From: Acidimicrobiia bacterium
GTDB taxonomy: Bacteria > Actinomycetota > Acidimicrobiia > IMCC26256 > JACPCJ01
Assembly: GCA_035293045.1 (NCBI GenBank)
Contig: DATDOY010000248.1
Location: 1 to 42,842, forward strand
Direction: 5' to 3'
Length of the DNA stretch: 42,842 bases
Position 1 is the first letter of the stretch. The number at the start of each line of letters is the position of its first letter. Made by a program: the position numbers and the translations under genes. The notes below the pieces were generated by a model. It had not been told where the DNA came from, did no database searches, and saw only the letters and a program-made list of their open reading frames with translations. Shown here one piece after another: positions 19,748-27,392 of this stretch.

Positions 19748-19922
19748 TGACCGGGAGCGACACCCGGAAGGGAAGCTCCCGACTGCCCTACAACCAAGAA
19801 CACGCAACCAATTACACGCGTGAGGACAACCGACCGGTTGTCAGTGGCGACGCCCCGGGTTCCCGGAGCGTGACTACTGGGAACCGGCCCGCTCCTCTCG
19901 CTCCAACTGAGAGGAGTACCCC
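19748..19922 (+). promoter_or_regulatory. structured rpsO-pnp intergenic leader (candidate PNPase autoregulatory leader, Actino-pnp-like)
   Basis: Four hairpins in a row: CGGGAGC/GCTCCCG (19752-19781), GACAAC/GTTGTC (19825-19842), GGTTCCC/GGGAACC (19858-19885) and CTCCTCTC-9 nt-GAGAGGAG (19892-19916). The last one pairs the pnp Shine-Dalgarno. Confidence 0.55.
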
Positions 19923-22493
19923 ATGGCGCAAGCCGTCCGGGTTTCCGGTCCCGTCGGGTCGCCCGACCGGATCATGTCCTTCGAGAGTGGTGAGCTCGCG
20001 CAGCTCGCCCACGGCTCGGTGCTCGCCGCCATCGGCAACACCACGGCGCTCGTCACGGCCGTTACCGCCGAGCCTCGCGAGGGGATCGACTTCTTCCCGC
20101 TGACGGTCGACGTCGAAGAGCGGATGTACGCGGCGGGCAAGATCCCCGGCTCGTTCTTCCGCCGGGAGGGCCGTCCCACCGACGCCGCCATCCTCACGTG
20201 CCGCCTCACCGACCGCCCGCTGCGGCCGTCGTTCCCCGAAGGCTTCCGCAACGAGGTCCAGGTCGTCTCGACGATCCTCGGCGCCGACCAGACCAACCCG
20301 CACGACGTGCTGTCGATCAACGGTGCCTCTGCGGCGCTGTGGATCTCGGGCATCCCGTTCAACGGTCCCATCGGGGCCGTGCGCATCGCACACATCGACG
20401 GCGAGTGGGTCGCCCACCCGACCTTCGAGGAGCGCGACGACGCCACCTTCGAGATGGTCGTGGCCGGCCGTCGCACCGACGCCGGCGAGATCGCCGTCAT
20501 GATGGTCGAGGCCGGTGGTGGCGACCGTGCGTGGCAGCTCTACCAGGCGGGCGCGCCGAAGGTCGACGAGGCCGTCATCGCCGAGGGCCTCGAAGTGTCC
20601 AAGCAGGGCATCGGCGCCTCGATCGACCTGCAGCTCCAGCTGCGCGACGAGTTCGAGAAGGCCAACGGCCCGATCGCGGAGCGTTCCTACGTCCCGCGCT
20701 TCGACTACGACGACGAGGTCGCCGCCGCCGTCAAGGAGGCCGCCCGCGCCGACATGGGTGCGGCTCTCCAAATCGCCGACAAGGCCGATCGCAATGAGCG
20801 CATCGGTGAGATCAAGACCGCCGTGGTCGAGAAGCTCGCCGGGACCGCCGACGCGCCGGGCGCGTTCGCCGGTCGCGAGCGCGAGCTGAAGGCCGCGCTT
20901 CGCTCGCTCGAAAAGGAGATCGTGCGATCGCGCATCGTGAAGGAGGGCTTCCGCATCGACGGGCGCAAGCTCGACGAGCTGCGTCCGCTCTCGGCGCGGG
21001 TTGGCGTGCTGCCGACGGCGCACGGCACGGGACTGTTTCAGCGGGGTGAGACCCAGGTGCTCACCGTCGCCACGCTCGGGATGCCGCGCATGGCGCAGAT
21101 GCTCGACACCCTCGGCCTCGACGACAGCAAGCGGTACATGCACCACTACAACTTCCCGCCGTCGTCCACCGGCGAGGTCGGTCGCGTCGGCGCGCCCCGC
21201 CGTCGCGAGATCGGCCACGGCGCGCTGGCCGAAAAGGCGCTCCTTCCGGTGGTTCCGCCGGCCGAGGAGTTTCCCTACGCGCTGCGGGTCGTGTCCGACG
21301 TCCTCGCGTCCAACGGGTCGACCTCCATGGCTTCGGTCTGCGGATCGACGCTGTCGCTGATGGACGCCGGTGTGCCGATCAAGGCGCCGGTCGCCGGCAT
21401 CGCCATGGGCCTCGTCTATGCCGACGGGGAGTACACGACCCTCACCGACATCCTCGGAGCCGAAGACGCCTTTGGTGACATGGACTTCAAGGTGGCGGGC
21501 ACCGAGGACTTCGTCACCGCGCTCCAGCTCGACACGAAGATCGACGGGATCCCCGCCGACGTCCTCGCCAAGGCGCTCGAGCAGGCGAAGGAGGCTCGTC
21601 TCCAGATCCTCGAGGTCATGCGGGGCGCCATCGCCGAGCCTCGTGAAGAGGTGGGCGAGACCGCCCCGAAGATCGTCAGCCTCGAGATCCCGCTCGACAA
21701 GGTGGGAGAGGTGATCGGGCCCAAGGGCAAGGTCGTCAACACCATGCAGCAGGAGACCGGCGCCGACATCAACATCGACGACGACGGCGTGGTCGGCATC
21801 GTGACCATCGGCGCCACCGAGCGCTCGAAGGTCGATGCCGCGCTCGAGCAGATCGCACTGATCCTCGACCCGCCCCAGCCCGAACTCGGTGTCGAGTACG
21901 ACGGCAAGGTCGTCAACATCACCAGCTTCGGTGCGTTCGTCAACATCCTTCCGGGACGTGACGGCTTGCTCCACATCTCGAAGCTCGGCGGCGGCCAGCG
22001 CATCGACCGCGTCGAGGACGTCCTCGAGATGGGCCAGGAGGTCAAGGTCCGCGTCGACGACATCGACCAGCGAGGCAAGGTCAGCCTGTCGCTCGCCGGC
22101 GAGGAGGGCGCACCGCCCCCGCCGCGCCGCGACCGCGACGACGACCGCGACGACGCGGGCGATCGGAACCGGGGCGGAGACCGCGACCGCGGGGGAGACC
22201 GCGACCGCGGGGGAGACCGCGGCCGTGAGCCCGCTCGCGCCAGCGCGGGGGAGGGCTCGGGGGATCGGGATCGCGCCTCGTTCGGTGACGAGTGGAGCAA
22301 GCAGGCCGGCGAGATCTTCGGCGACCTCGGACCGGCCGACTCCGGCGCCCGCAGTGCAGACCGCGGCGACGGCGGCGGCGGTCGTGGCGGAGGCCGCGGC
22401 GGTCGCGGTGGCGGCGGAGGCCGTGGCGGCGGTCGTGGCGGTCGCGGTGGCGGCGGAGGCCGCGGAGGCGGTCGCCCGCCTCGTCGCGACTGA
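19923..22493 (+). CDS. pnp: polyribonucleotide nucleotidyltransferase (PNPase) with long C-terminal Arg/Gly/Asp-rich extension
   Basis: 856 aa. Two RNase PH domains (FFRREGRP, GSTSMASVCG), KH (GPKGKVVNTMQQETGADI) and S1 (GKVVNITSFGAFVNILPGRDGLLHISKL), followed by about 130 aa of DR/RGG repeats. Confidence 0.97.
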   Translation: MAQAVRVSGPVGSPDRIMSFESGELAQLAHGSVLAAIGNTTALVTAVTAEPREGIDFFPLTVDVEERMYAAGKIPGSFFRREGRPTDAAILTCRLTDRPLRPSFPEGFRNEVQVVSTILGADQTNPHDVLSINGASAALWISGIPFNGPIGAVRIAHIDGEWVAHPTFEERDDATFEMVVAGRRTDAGEIAVMMVEAGGGDRAWQLYQAGAPKVDEAVIAEGLEVSKQGIGASIDLQLQLRDEFEKANGPIAERSYVPRFDYDDEVAAAVKEAARADMGAALQIADKADRNERIGEIKTAVVEKLAGTADAPGAFAGRERELKAALRSLEKEIVRSRIVKEGFRIDGRKLDELRPLSARVGVLPTAHGTGLFQRGETQVLTVATLGMPRMAQMLDTLGLDDSKRYMHHYNFPPSSTGEVGRVGAPRRREIGHGALAEKALLPVVPPAEEFPYALRVVSDVLASNGSTSMASVCGSTLSLMDAGVPIKAPVAGIAMGLVYADGEYTTLTDILGAEDAFGDMDFKVAGTEDFVTALQLDTKIDGIPADVLAKALEQAKEARLQILEVMRGAIAEPREEVGETAPKIVSLEIPLDKVGEVIGPKGKVVNTMQQETGADINIDDDGVVGIVTIGATERSKVDAALEQIALILDPPQPELGVEYDGKVVNITSFGAFVNILPGRDGLLHISKLGGGQRIDRVEDVLEMGQEVKVRVDDIDQRGKVSLSLAGEEGAPPPPRRDRDDDRDDAGDRNRGGDRDRGGDRDRGGDRGREPARASAGEGSGDRDRASFGDEWSKQAGEIFGDLGPADSGARSADRGDGGGGRGGGRGGRGGGGGRGGGRGGRGGGGGRGGGRPPRRD
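22173..22226 (+). repeat. 18-nt in-frame tandem repeat x3 (GGDRDR) in the pnp tail
   Basis: GGCGGAGACCGCGACCGC, GGGGGAGACCGCGACCGC and GGGGGAGACCGCGGCCGT in direct succession. Confidence 0.8.
22369..22475 (+). repeat. GGC/CGT-rich coding repeats specifying RGG boxes at the pnp C-terminus
   Basis: Translates to GGGGRGGGRGGRGGGGGRGGGRGGRGGGGGRGGGR. The DNA is a near-duplicated block of about 42-45 nt. Confidence 0.6.
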
Positions 22494-22499
22494 TCCACG

Positions 22500-23774
22500 G
22501 TGGCCAGCGCCAAGCCACCCTCGCCCGCGGTCGAGCGCACGACGCTCGACTCGTCGGTGCGGGTCGTCACCGAGACGATGCCCGACGTGCGGTCGGTGGC
22601 CGTCGGCTTTTGGGTCAACGTCGGCTCGCGCGACGAGTCGCGCGAGCTCTCGGGCGCGACGCACTTCCTCGAACATCTGCTGTTCAAGGGCACACCCACG
22701 CGCTCCGCGCAGGAGATCGCCGAGTCGGTCGAGGCGGTCGGTGGCGAGATGAACGCCTTCACGACCCGCGAATACACGGCGTACTACATCCGCATCGTCG
22801 ACGATTGTCTCGACCTTGCCCTCGACGTGTTGTCCGACATCCTGTGGTCGCCGGCGCTCCTGCCCGACGAAGTCGAGTCGGAGCGTCAGGTGATCTTGGA
22901 AGAGATCCGGATGCGCGACGACACGCCGGACGACCTTGTGCACGACGTCTTCGCCGAGGCCGTCCTGCCCGACCCGCTCGGGCGCGAGGTGATCGGCGAG
23001 CCCGAGATCATCACGGCCATGACCCGGGATCAGATCGCGGGGTATCACGCCGCCCATTACGCGGGCGGCAACGTCGTGGTCGCCGTGGCGGGCAACGCCA
23101 CCCACGCGCAGATCGTCGACGGCGTGGCGTCGCGGTTTGCCGGCCGAAGCGGCCACCCCGACGCGCCGCGCCAGCCGGCGACCGGAGATCCGATCGGCCT
23201 GCGGATCTTCCCTCGGCAGACCGAGCAGGCCCATCTCGTCCTCGGGTGCCGGGCCTTCGCTCGCGACGACGACGACCGGTACGCGCTGAGCGTGCTGAAC
23301 CAGACCCTCGGCGGCGGAATGTCCTCGCGCCTGTTCCAGGAGATCCGAGAGAAGCGGGGCCTGGCGTACTCCGTGTACTCGTACCGGAACGGCTACGAGG
23401 AGACGGGGGTGCTCGCCGCCTACGCGGGCACGGCGCCGCACCAGGCCCGTGATGTCGTCAAGCTCATCAGCAGCGAGTTCGATCGCCTCGTGGAGGACGG
23501 TGGTGTCACGGCCGACGAACTCGCTCGGGCCAAGGGTGCGATCAAGGGCAGCCTCGCCCTGTCGAACGAGAGCCCCGGCGCCCGCATGAACCGCATCGGG
23601 CGCTCGGAGATCACCCTCGGCGAGGTTCCGACCGTCGACGACCTTATTGCCCGGATCGACGCCGTCGAGGCCGCCGATATCGAGCGCGTCGTCGACCGCG
23701 TGCTCGCCGGCGGGCCGCGCACGATCGTGGCGGTGGGTCCGTTCGCCGACGACGAGACGTTCGGCCTCGGCTGA
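22500..23774 (+). CDS. pepR: M16-family zinc peptidase (pitrilysin-like)
   Basis: 424 aa. Inverted zinc motif HFLEHLLFKGT. Sits in the conserved position between pnp and dapB, as in other actinobacteria. Confidence 0.9.
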   Translation: MASAKPPSPAVERTTLDSSVRVVTETMPDVRSVAVGFWVNVGSRDESRELSGATHFLEHLLFKGTPTRSAQEIAESVEAVGGEMNAFTTREYTAYYIRIVDDCLDLALDVLSDILWSPALLPDEVESERQVILEEIRMRDDTPDDLVHDVFAEAVLPDPLGREVIGEPEIITAMTRDQIAGYHAAHYAGGNVVVAVAGNATHAQIVDGVASRFAGRSGHPDAPRQPATGDPIGLRIFPRQTEQAHLVLGCRAFARDDDDRYALSVLNQTLGGGMSSRLFQEIREKRGLAYSVYSYRNGYEETGVLAAYAGTAPHQARDVVKLISSEFDRLVEDGGVTADELARAKGAIKGSLALSNESPGARMNRIGRSEITLGEVPTVDDLIARIDAVEAADIERVVDRVLAGGPRTIVAVGPFADDETFGLG

Positions 23775-23778
23775 ACGC

Positions 23779-23825
23779 GTCTGAGGCGCGTTACCCGGCC
23801 ATATCCCCGATAACGCGCCTGAGAC
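23779..23825. repeat. 47-nt palindromic repeat element, copy 1
   Basis: GTCTGAGGCGCGTTA, 17 nt, TAACGCGCCTGAGAC. 14/15 arm positions pair. It is homologous to 28749-28795. Confidence 0.75.
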
Positions 23826-23857
23826 ACCGTCGACGCGCGACCCGTTAGCCTCGGGTC

Positions 23858-24646
23858 ATGGCAATCGACGTGGGGGTGTTCGGCGCGGGGGGACGCATGG
23901 GCTCCACCGTGTGCCAGACGGTGGCCGACGCGCCCGACCTGCGCCTCGTCGCCGCCATCGACCCTCATCACGCCGGCCTCGACCTCAGCCAGATCGGGAT
24001 CAGGGGTCCGAGCATGCAGGTCGCCGCCAAGGCGGACACCGGCCGGAGCGCACACGTCATGGTCGATTTCACCGAGATCGGCGCAGCCCGCGAGAACCTC
24101 CGCTGGTGCGCCGCCAACGGCGTGCATGCCGTCGTCGGCACGACTGGCTTCACGCCCGACGACTTCGCCGAGTTCGATCGGCTGTTCGCGTCGTCGGCCG
24201 CCAACGCCGTCATCGCCCCCAACTTCGCCATCGGCGCCGTCCTCATGATGAGGTTCGCCGAACTCGCGGCGCCGTACTTCGAGTCGGTCGAGATCATCGA
24301 GCTGCACCACGACGAGAAGAGCGACGCCCCGTCGGGCACCGCCATGCTGACCGCCGAGCGGATGGCGGCGGCCTCCAAGGAGTGGAGCGCGGATCCGACG
24401 CGCCACGAGGTCGTTCCCGGAGCGCGGGGCGGGCAGGGTCCCGGCGGTATCCGGATTCATTCCGTGCGTTTGCGTGGTCTCGTGGCCCACCAGGAGGTCG
24501 TCTTCGGCACGACGGGCCAGAGCCTCAACCTGCGTCACGACTCCTACGACCGCTCCTCGTTCATGCCCGGCGTGCTGATGGCGATCCGGACCGTCGGCGA
24601 CCGTGCGGGCCTCACCGTGGGCCTCGACACGTTGCTCGACGTCTGA
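23858..24646 (+). CDS. dapB: 4-hydroxy-tetrahydrodipicolinate reductase
   Basis: 262 aa. N-terminal GAGGRMG Rossmann motif and the ELHHDEKSDAPSGTA signature. Confidence 0.95.
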   Translation: MAIDVGVFGAGGRMGSTVCQTVADAPDLRLVAAIDPHHAGLDLSQIGIRGPSMQVAAKADTGRSAHVMVDFTEIGAARENLRWCAANGVHAVVGTTGFTPDDFAEFDRLFASSAANAVIAPNFAIGAVLMMRFAELAAPYFESVEIIELHHDEKSDAPSGTAMLTAERMAAASKEWSADPTRHEVVPGARGGQGPGGIRIHSVRLRGLVAHQEVVFGTTGQSLNLRHDSYDRSSFMPGVLMAIRTVGDRAGLTVGLDTLLDV

Positions 24647-24796
24647 CCCCGTTGGACCTCCCCGCCCTCGCGGTTTGGTGTGCAGTTTCCGTCGTTGGAT
24701 TCCGGCATACCGCTCCCGATCACGACGACAAGTGCACGCGAAGGTTCACCGGGCTCTCCTCGGTCACTCCGCCGCACGATCGGCGAGCGAGCGCCC

Positions 24797-25384
24797 GTGG
24801 CTGAGCCCGAGGGGACGCAACGGGATCGCATCATCGAGGGTGCGTACGAGTGCGTGGCGCGCTTCGGCATGGCCAAGACCACCATCGAGGACGTCGCCAA
24901 GGCGTCCGGGGTTTCCCGGGCCACCATCTATCGCCAGTTTCCGGGTGGGCGCGACGAGCTGTTGCGCGAGACGGTGGCGTGGGAGGCCGGCCGCTTCATG
25001 GGGCGGCTTGCCGAGGAAGTGGCCGGCGCCCCCGATCTCCCGGCGCTCGTCGAGTCGGCCCTGCGCTTCGCCCATCGAGCGCTGCTCGAACACGAGGTGC
25101 TCCAGAAGGTCCTCGCTACCGAGCCCGAGCGCTTCCTCCCGATGCTCACCGTCGACCGGCGCCCCCTCGCCATCGCCGAGGCGTTCCTGCTGCCGTACGT
25201 CGAGCGGGCGGCGGAACGCGGGTTGTTGCGCGACGGCGTCGACCCTCGCGAGGCGACCGAGTACGTGGCCCGCATGCTCCTGTCCTTGGCCGCCTCGCCG
25301 GGATCCGTGGACCACGCGAACCGCGACGAGGTCCGAGAGCTTGTCCGCGACCAGGTGCTCGCCGGGATTGTCGCCGTCGAATAG
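24797..25384 (+). CDS. TetR-family transcriptional regulator (first of a tandem pair)
   Basis: Lies within ORF 24680..25384. HTH region KTTIEDVAKASGVSRATIYRQFPGGRDELL. Start set at GTG 24797, 9 residues before helix 1. ATG 24680 would add an atypical 39-aa extension. Confidence 0.8.
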   Translation: MAEPEGTQRDRIIEGAYECVARFGMAKTTIEDVAKASGVSRATIYRQFPGGRDELLRETVAWEAGRFMGRLAEEVAGAPDLPALVESALRFAHRALLEHEVLQKVLATEPERFLPMLTVDRRPLAIAEAFLLPYVERAAERGLLRDGVDPREATEYVARMLLSLAASPGSVDHANRDEVRELVRDQVLAGIVAVE

Positions 25385-25507
25385 GCATCGGGCGGCGAAG
25401 ACCACCCCGAAACGGGGCTCGAGGTGCCGGTTCCGACGCCCGATCGTGCCTGGTGTGACCCACGACACATTGACGCTGAGACACTCAGCGACTTACCGTC
25501 TCATGAG

Positions 25508-26131
25508 ATGGGTCCAGAACCGCTCATGGATGCGCGCGTGGTCGAGGCCGCCTTGCGGTGCCTCGCGCAGTTCGGCGTCTCCAAGACCACGGTCGAGGAC
25601 GTCGCCTCGGCCGCCGGGTGTTCCCGGGCCACCCTCTATCGCTACTTCCCCGGCAAGCGGGCGCTCCTCGAAGCAGTGGTCGAGCATGAGACGCGCCGGT
25701 TGGCGGCGGCCATCGACGCCGCTGCGGCCAACGCCGACACCCTCGAGGATCTTGCTGTCGGGGTGCTGCTCACCGCCGGCCGCGAGTTCGCCGAGCACGA
25801 CGCGTTGCGCCACGTCCTCGCCGTCGAGCCCGAGGCGATCCTGCCCCACTTCGCGTTCGAGCGGGGCAACCGGGTCCTCGGCGTCGCCTCGGTGCTGCTC
25901 GCCCCGCACCTCTCGAGGTTCCTTCGCCCCGATCTCGCCGCTCGCGCCGGCGAATGGCTGTGCCGATTGGTCTTCACCTACTTCTTGACGCCGAGCGACT
26001 ACGTCGCCCTCGACGACGAAGCATCCGTCCGACGCCTGGTTCGCACGTTCGTGCTGCCGGGCCTGGAGGATGCGCCGCTCGGCGATTCGCGCAACCTCCT
26101 AGAGAGTCCTATGGCGGCCCCGGCCGTCTGA
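25508..26131 (+). CDS. TetR-family transcriptional regulator (second of the pair, paralogue of the first)
   Basis: Lies within ORF 25424..26131. HTH region KTTVEDVASAAGCSRATLYRYFPGKRALL. Aligns with the upstream TetR along its whole length, roughly 35-40% identity by eye. Start is ATG 25508 or 25526. Confidence 0.8.
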   Translation: MGPEPLMDARVVEAALRCLAQFGVSKTTVEDVASAAGCSRATLYRYFPGKRALLEAVVEHETRRLAAAIDAAAANADTLEDLAVGVLLTAGREFAEHDALRHVLAVEPEAILPHFAFERGNRVLGVASVLLAPHLSRFLRPDLAARAGEWLCRLVFTYFLTPSDYVALDDEASVRRLVRTFVLPGLEDAPLGDSRNLLESPMAAPAV

Positions 26132-26163
26132 TCCGACGCGACCTTCGTGGTCGCACGCGAACC

Positions 26164-26213
26164 GTGGCCACTGGCCACAAACGAGCCCGTGGCCGCCGAG
26201 CGGCCACAAACGA
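26164..26213 (+). promoter_or_regulatory. operator-like palindromes and direct repeats upstream of the diiron oxygenase gene
   Basis: GTGGCCAC palindrome (26164-26171). GGCCACAAACGA occurs twice (26173-26184 and 26202-26213). Inverted repeat GTGGCCG-CCGAG-CGGCCAC (26189-26207). The AAGAGGAG Shine-Dalgarno follows immediately. Confidence 0.4.
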
Positions 26214-26225
26214 AAGAGGAGTTCC

Positions 26226-27374
26226 ATGGCCAAGACCAACGAAGAGCTGATCGGCCGAGCCGACCCCAACGACCTCGAGGCGATCCTCTCGATCACGAAC
26301 ACGGACGTCGACGAGATCATCCACATCATTCGGGCCGAACAGGATTCCCTGTTCACATGGGACTACGACCGAACCCGTCCCGCGCTGGGCAAGCTCTATG
26401 AGAAGGCCAAGGGCAGTCAGTGGAACGGCGAGACCGACCTCGACTGGTCGATCGACGTCGACCAGGAGAAGGTCGTCCTCGCCAACGCCGAGCAGAACGC
26501 GGTTGGTGCCGGGGCCCTGACCGGTCTCGCCCCGGAGATGGATCTCGCCGGCACCCCGTTCGCCAAGTTCGGGGATAAGGAGTGGATCCAGCTGGGCGTC
26601 GAGTCGCAGAACTGGACGCTGAGCCAGTTCCTCCACGGCGAACAGGGCGCCCTCATCTGCACCGCCCAGATCGTCGAGACCGTGCCGTGGATCGACGCCA
26701 AGTACTACGCGTCGACCCAGGTCATGGACGAGGCACGCCACGTCGAGGTGTTCGCCAAGTACCTCAACGAAAAGCTCTCGGGCGCGTACCCGATCAACGC
26801 GCACCTGCGCATGCTGCTCGACGACATCATCGCCGACAGCCGGTGGGACATGACCTACCTCGGCATGCAGATCATGGTGGAGGGTCTCGCCCTCGCCGCC
26901 TTCGGGTTCATTCACACCCTGACCACGGAGCCCCTGCTGAAGAAGCTGCTCCGTTACGTCATGGCCGACGAAGCCCGCCACGTGGCGTTCGGCGTGCTCT
27001 CGCTGAAGGAGTACTACGAGGGCCTGAGCGCGGCGGAGCTGCGGGAGCGCCAGGAGTTCGCCTTCGAGGCGGCGCTGCGCATGCGCGACCGGTTCCTCCA
27101 GCAGGAGGTGTGGGAGCGCCTCGGGCTGCCGGTGAAGGACGTCGTCACCCTCATGATGGACCTCCCCGAGCGGCAGTTCTTCCAGGCGATGCTGTTCTCG
27201 AAGATCGTCCCGAACTGCAAGAAGCTTGGGTTGCTCGACGCCGCCGACGGCTGGCTCCGTGATCGCTTCACCGAGATCGGCGTCATCCAGTTCGAGGACT
27301 GGGTCGACACCGGCGAGGAGTACGAAGCGCTCGACGAGGTCGCCAAGGACCGCGAGGCCGCCGCGGCGTCGTAG
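26226..27374 (+). CDS. ferritin-like diiron-carboxylate oxygenase (AurF / R2-like superfamily), substrate unknown
   Basis: 382 aa. Has two ExxH metal motifs (DEARHVEVF and DEARHVAFG) plus candidate upstream carboxylate ligands (HGEQGAL, VEGLALA), consistent with a four-helix-bundle diiron site. Confidence 0.75.
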   Translation: MAKTNEELIGRADPNDLEAILSITNTDVDEIIHIIRAEQDSLFTWDYDRTRPALGKLYEKAKGSQWNGETDLDWSIDVDQEKVVLANAEQNAVGAGALTGLAPEMDLAGTPFAKFGDKEWIQLGVESQNWTLSQFLHGEQGALICTAQIVETVPWIDAKYYASTQVMDEARHVEVFAKYLNEKLSGAYPINAHLRMLLDDIIADSRWDMTYLGMQIMVEGLALAAFGFIHTLTTEPLLKKLLRYVMADEARHVAFGVLSLKEYYEGLSAAELRERQEFAFEAALRMRDRFLQQEVWERLGLPVKDVVTLMMDLPERQFFQAMLFSKIVPNCKKLGLLDAADGWLRDRFTEIGVIQFEDWVDTGEEYEALDEVAKDREAAAAS

Positions 27375-27392
27375 CGCATCGCACGAGCGCCG

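Noticed and set aside
22173-22475. Short direct repeats that could be mistaken for a CRISPR-like or VNTR array
   Set aside because: They are in frame within pnp and encode the DR/RGG tail. There are no unique spacers and no cas genes.
19812-23441. 1209-aa ORF on the minus strand
   Set aside because: It is exactly antisense to pnp and pepR, both of which have unmistakable domain signatures. Its translation is Arg/Gly/Ala/Asp-rich low-complexity sequence, typical of stop-free antisense frames in high-GC DNA.
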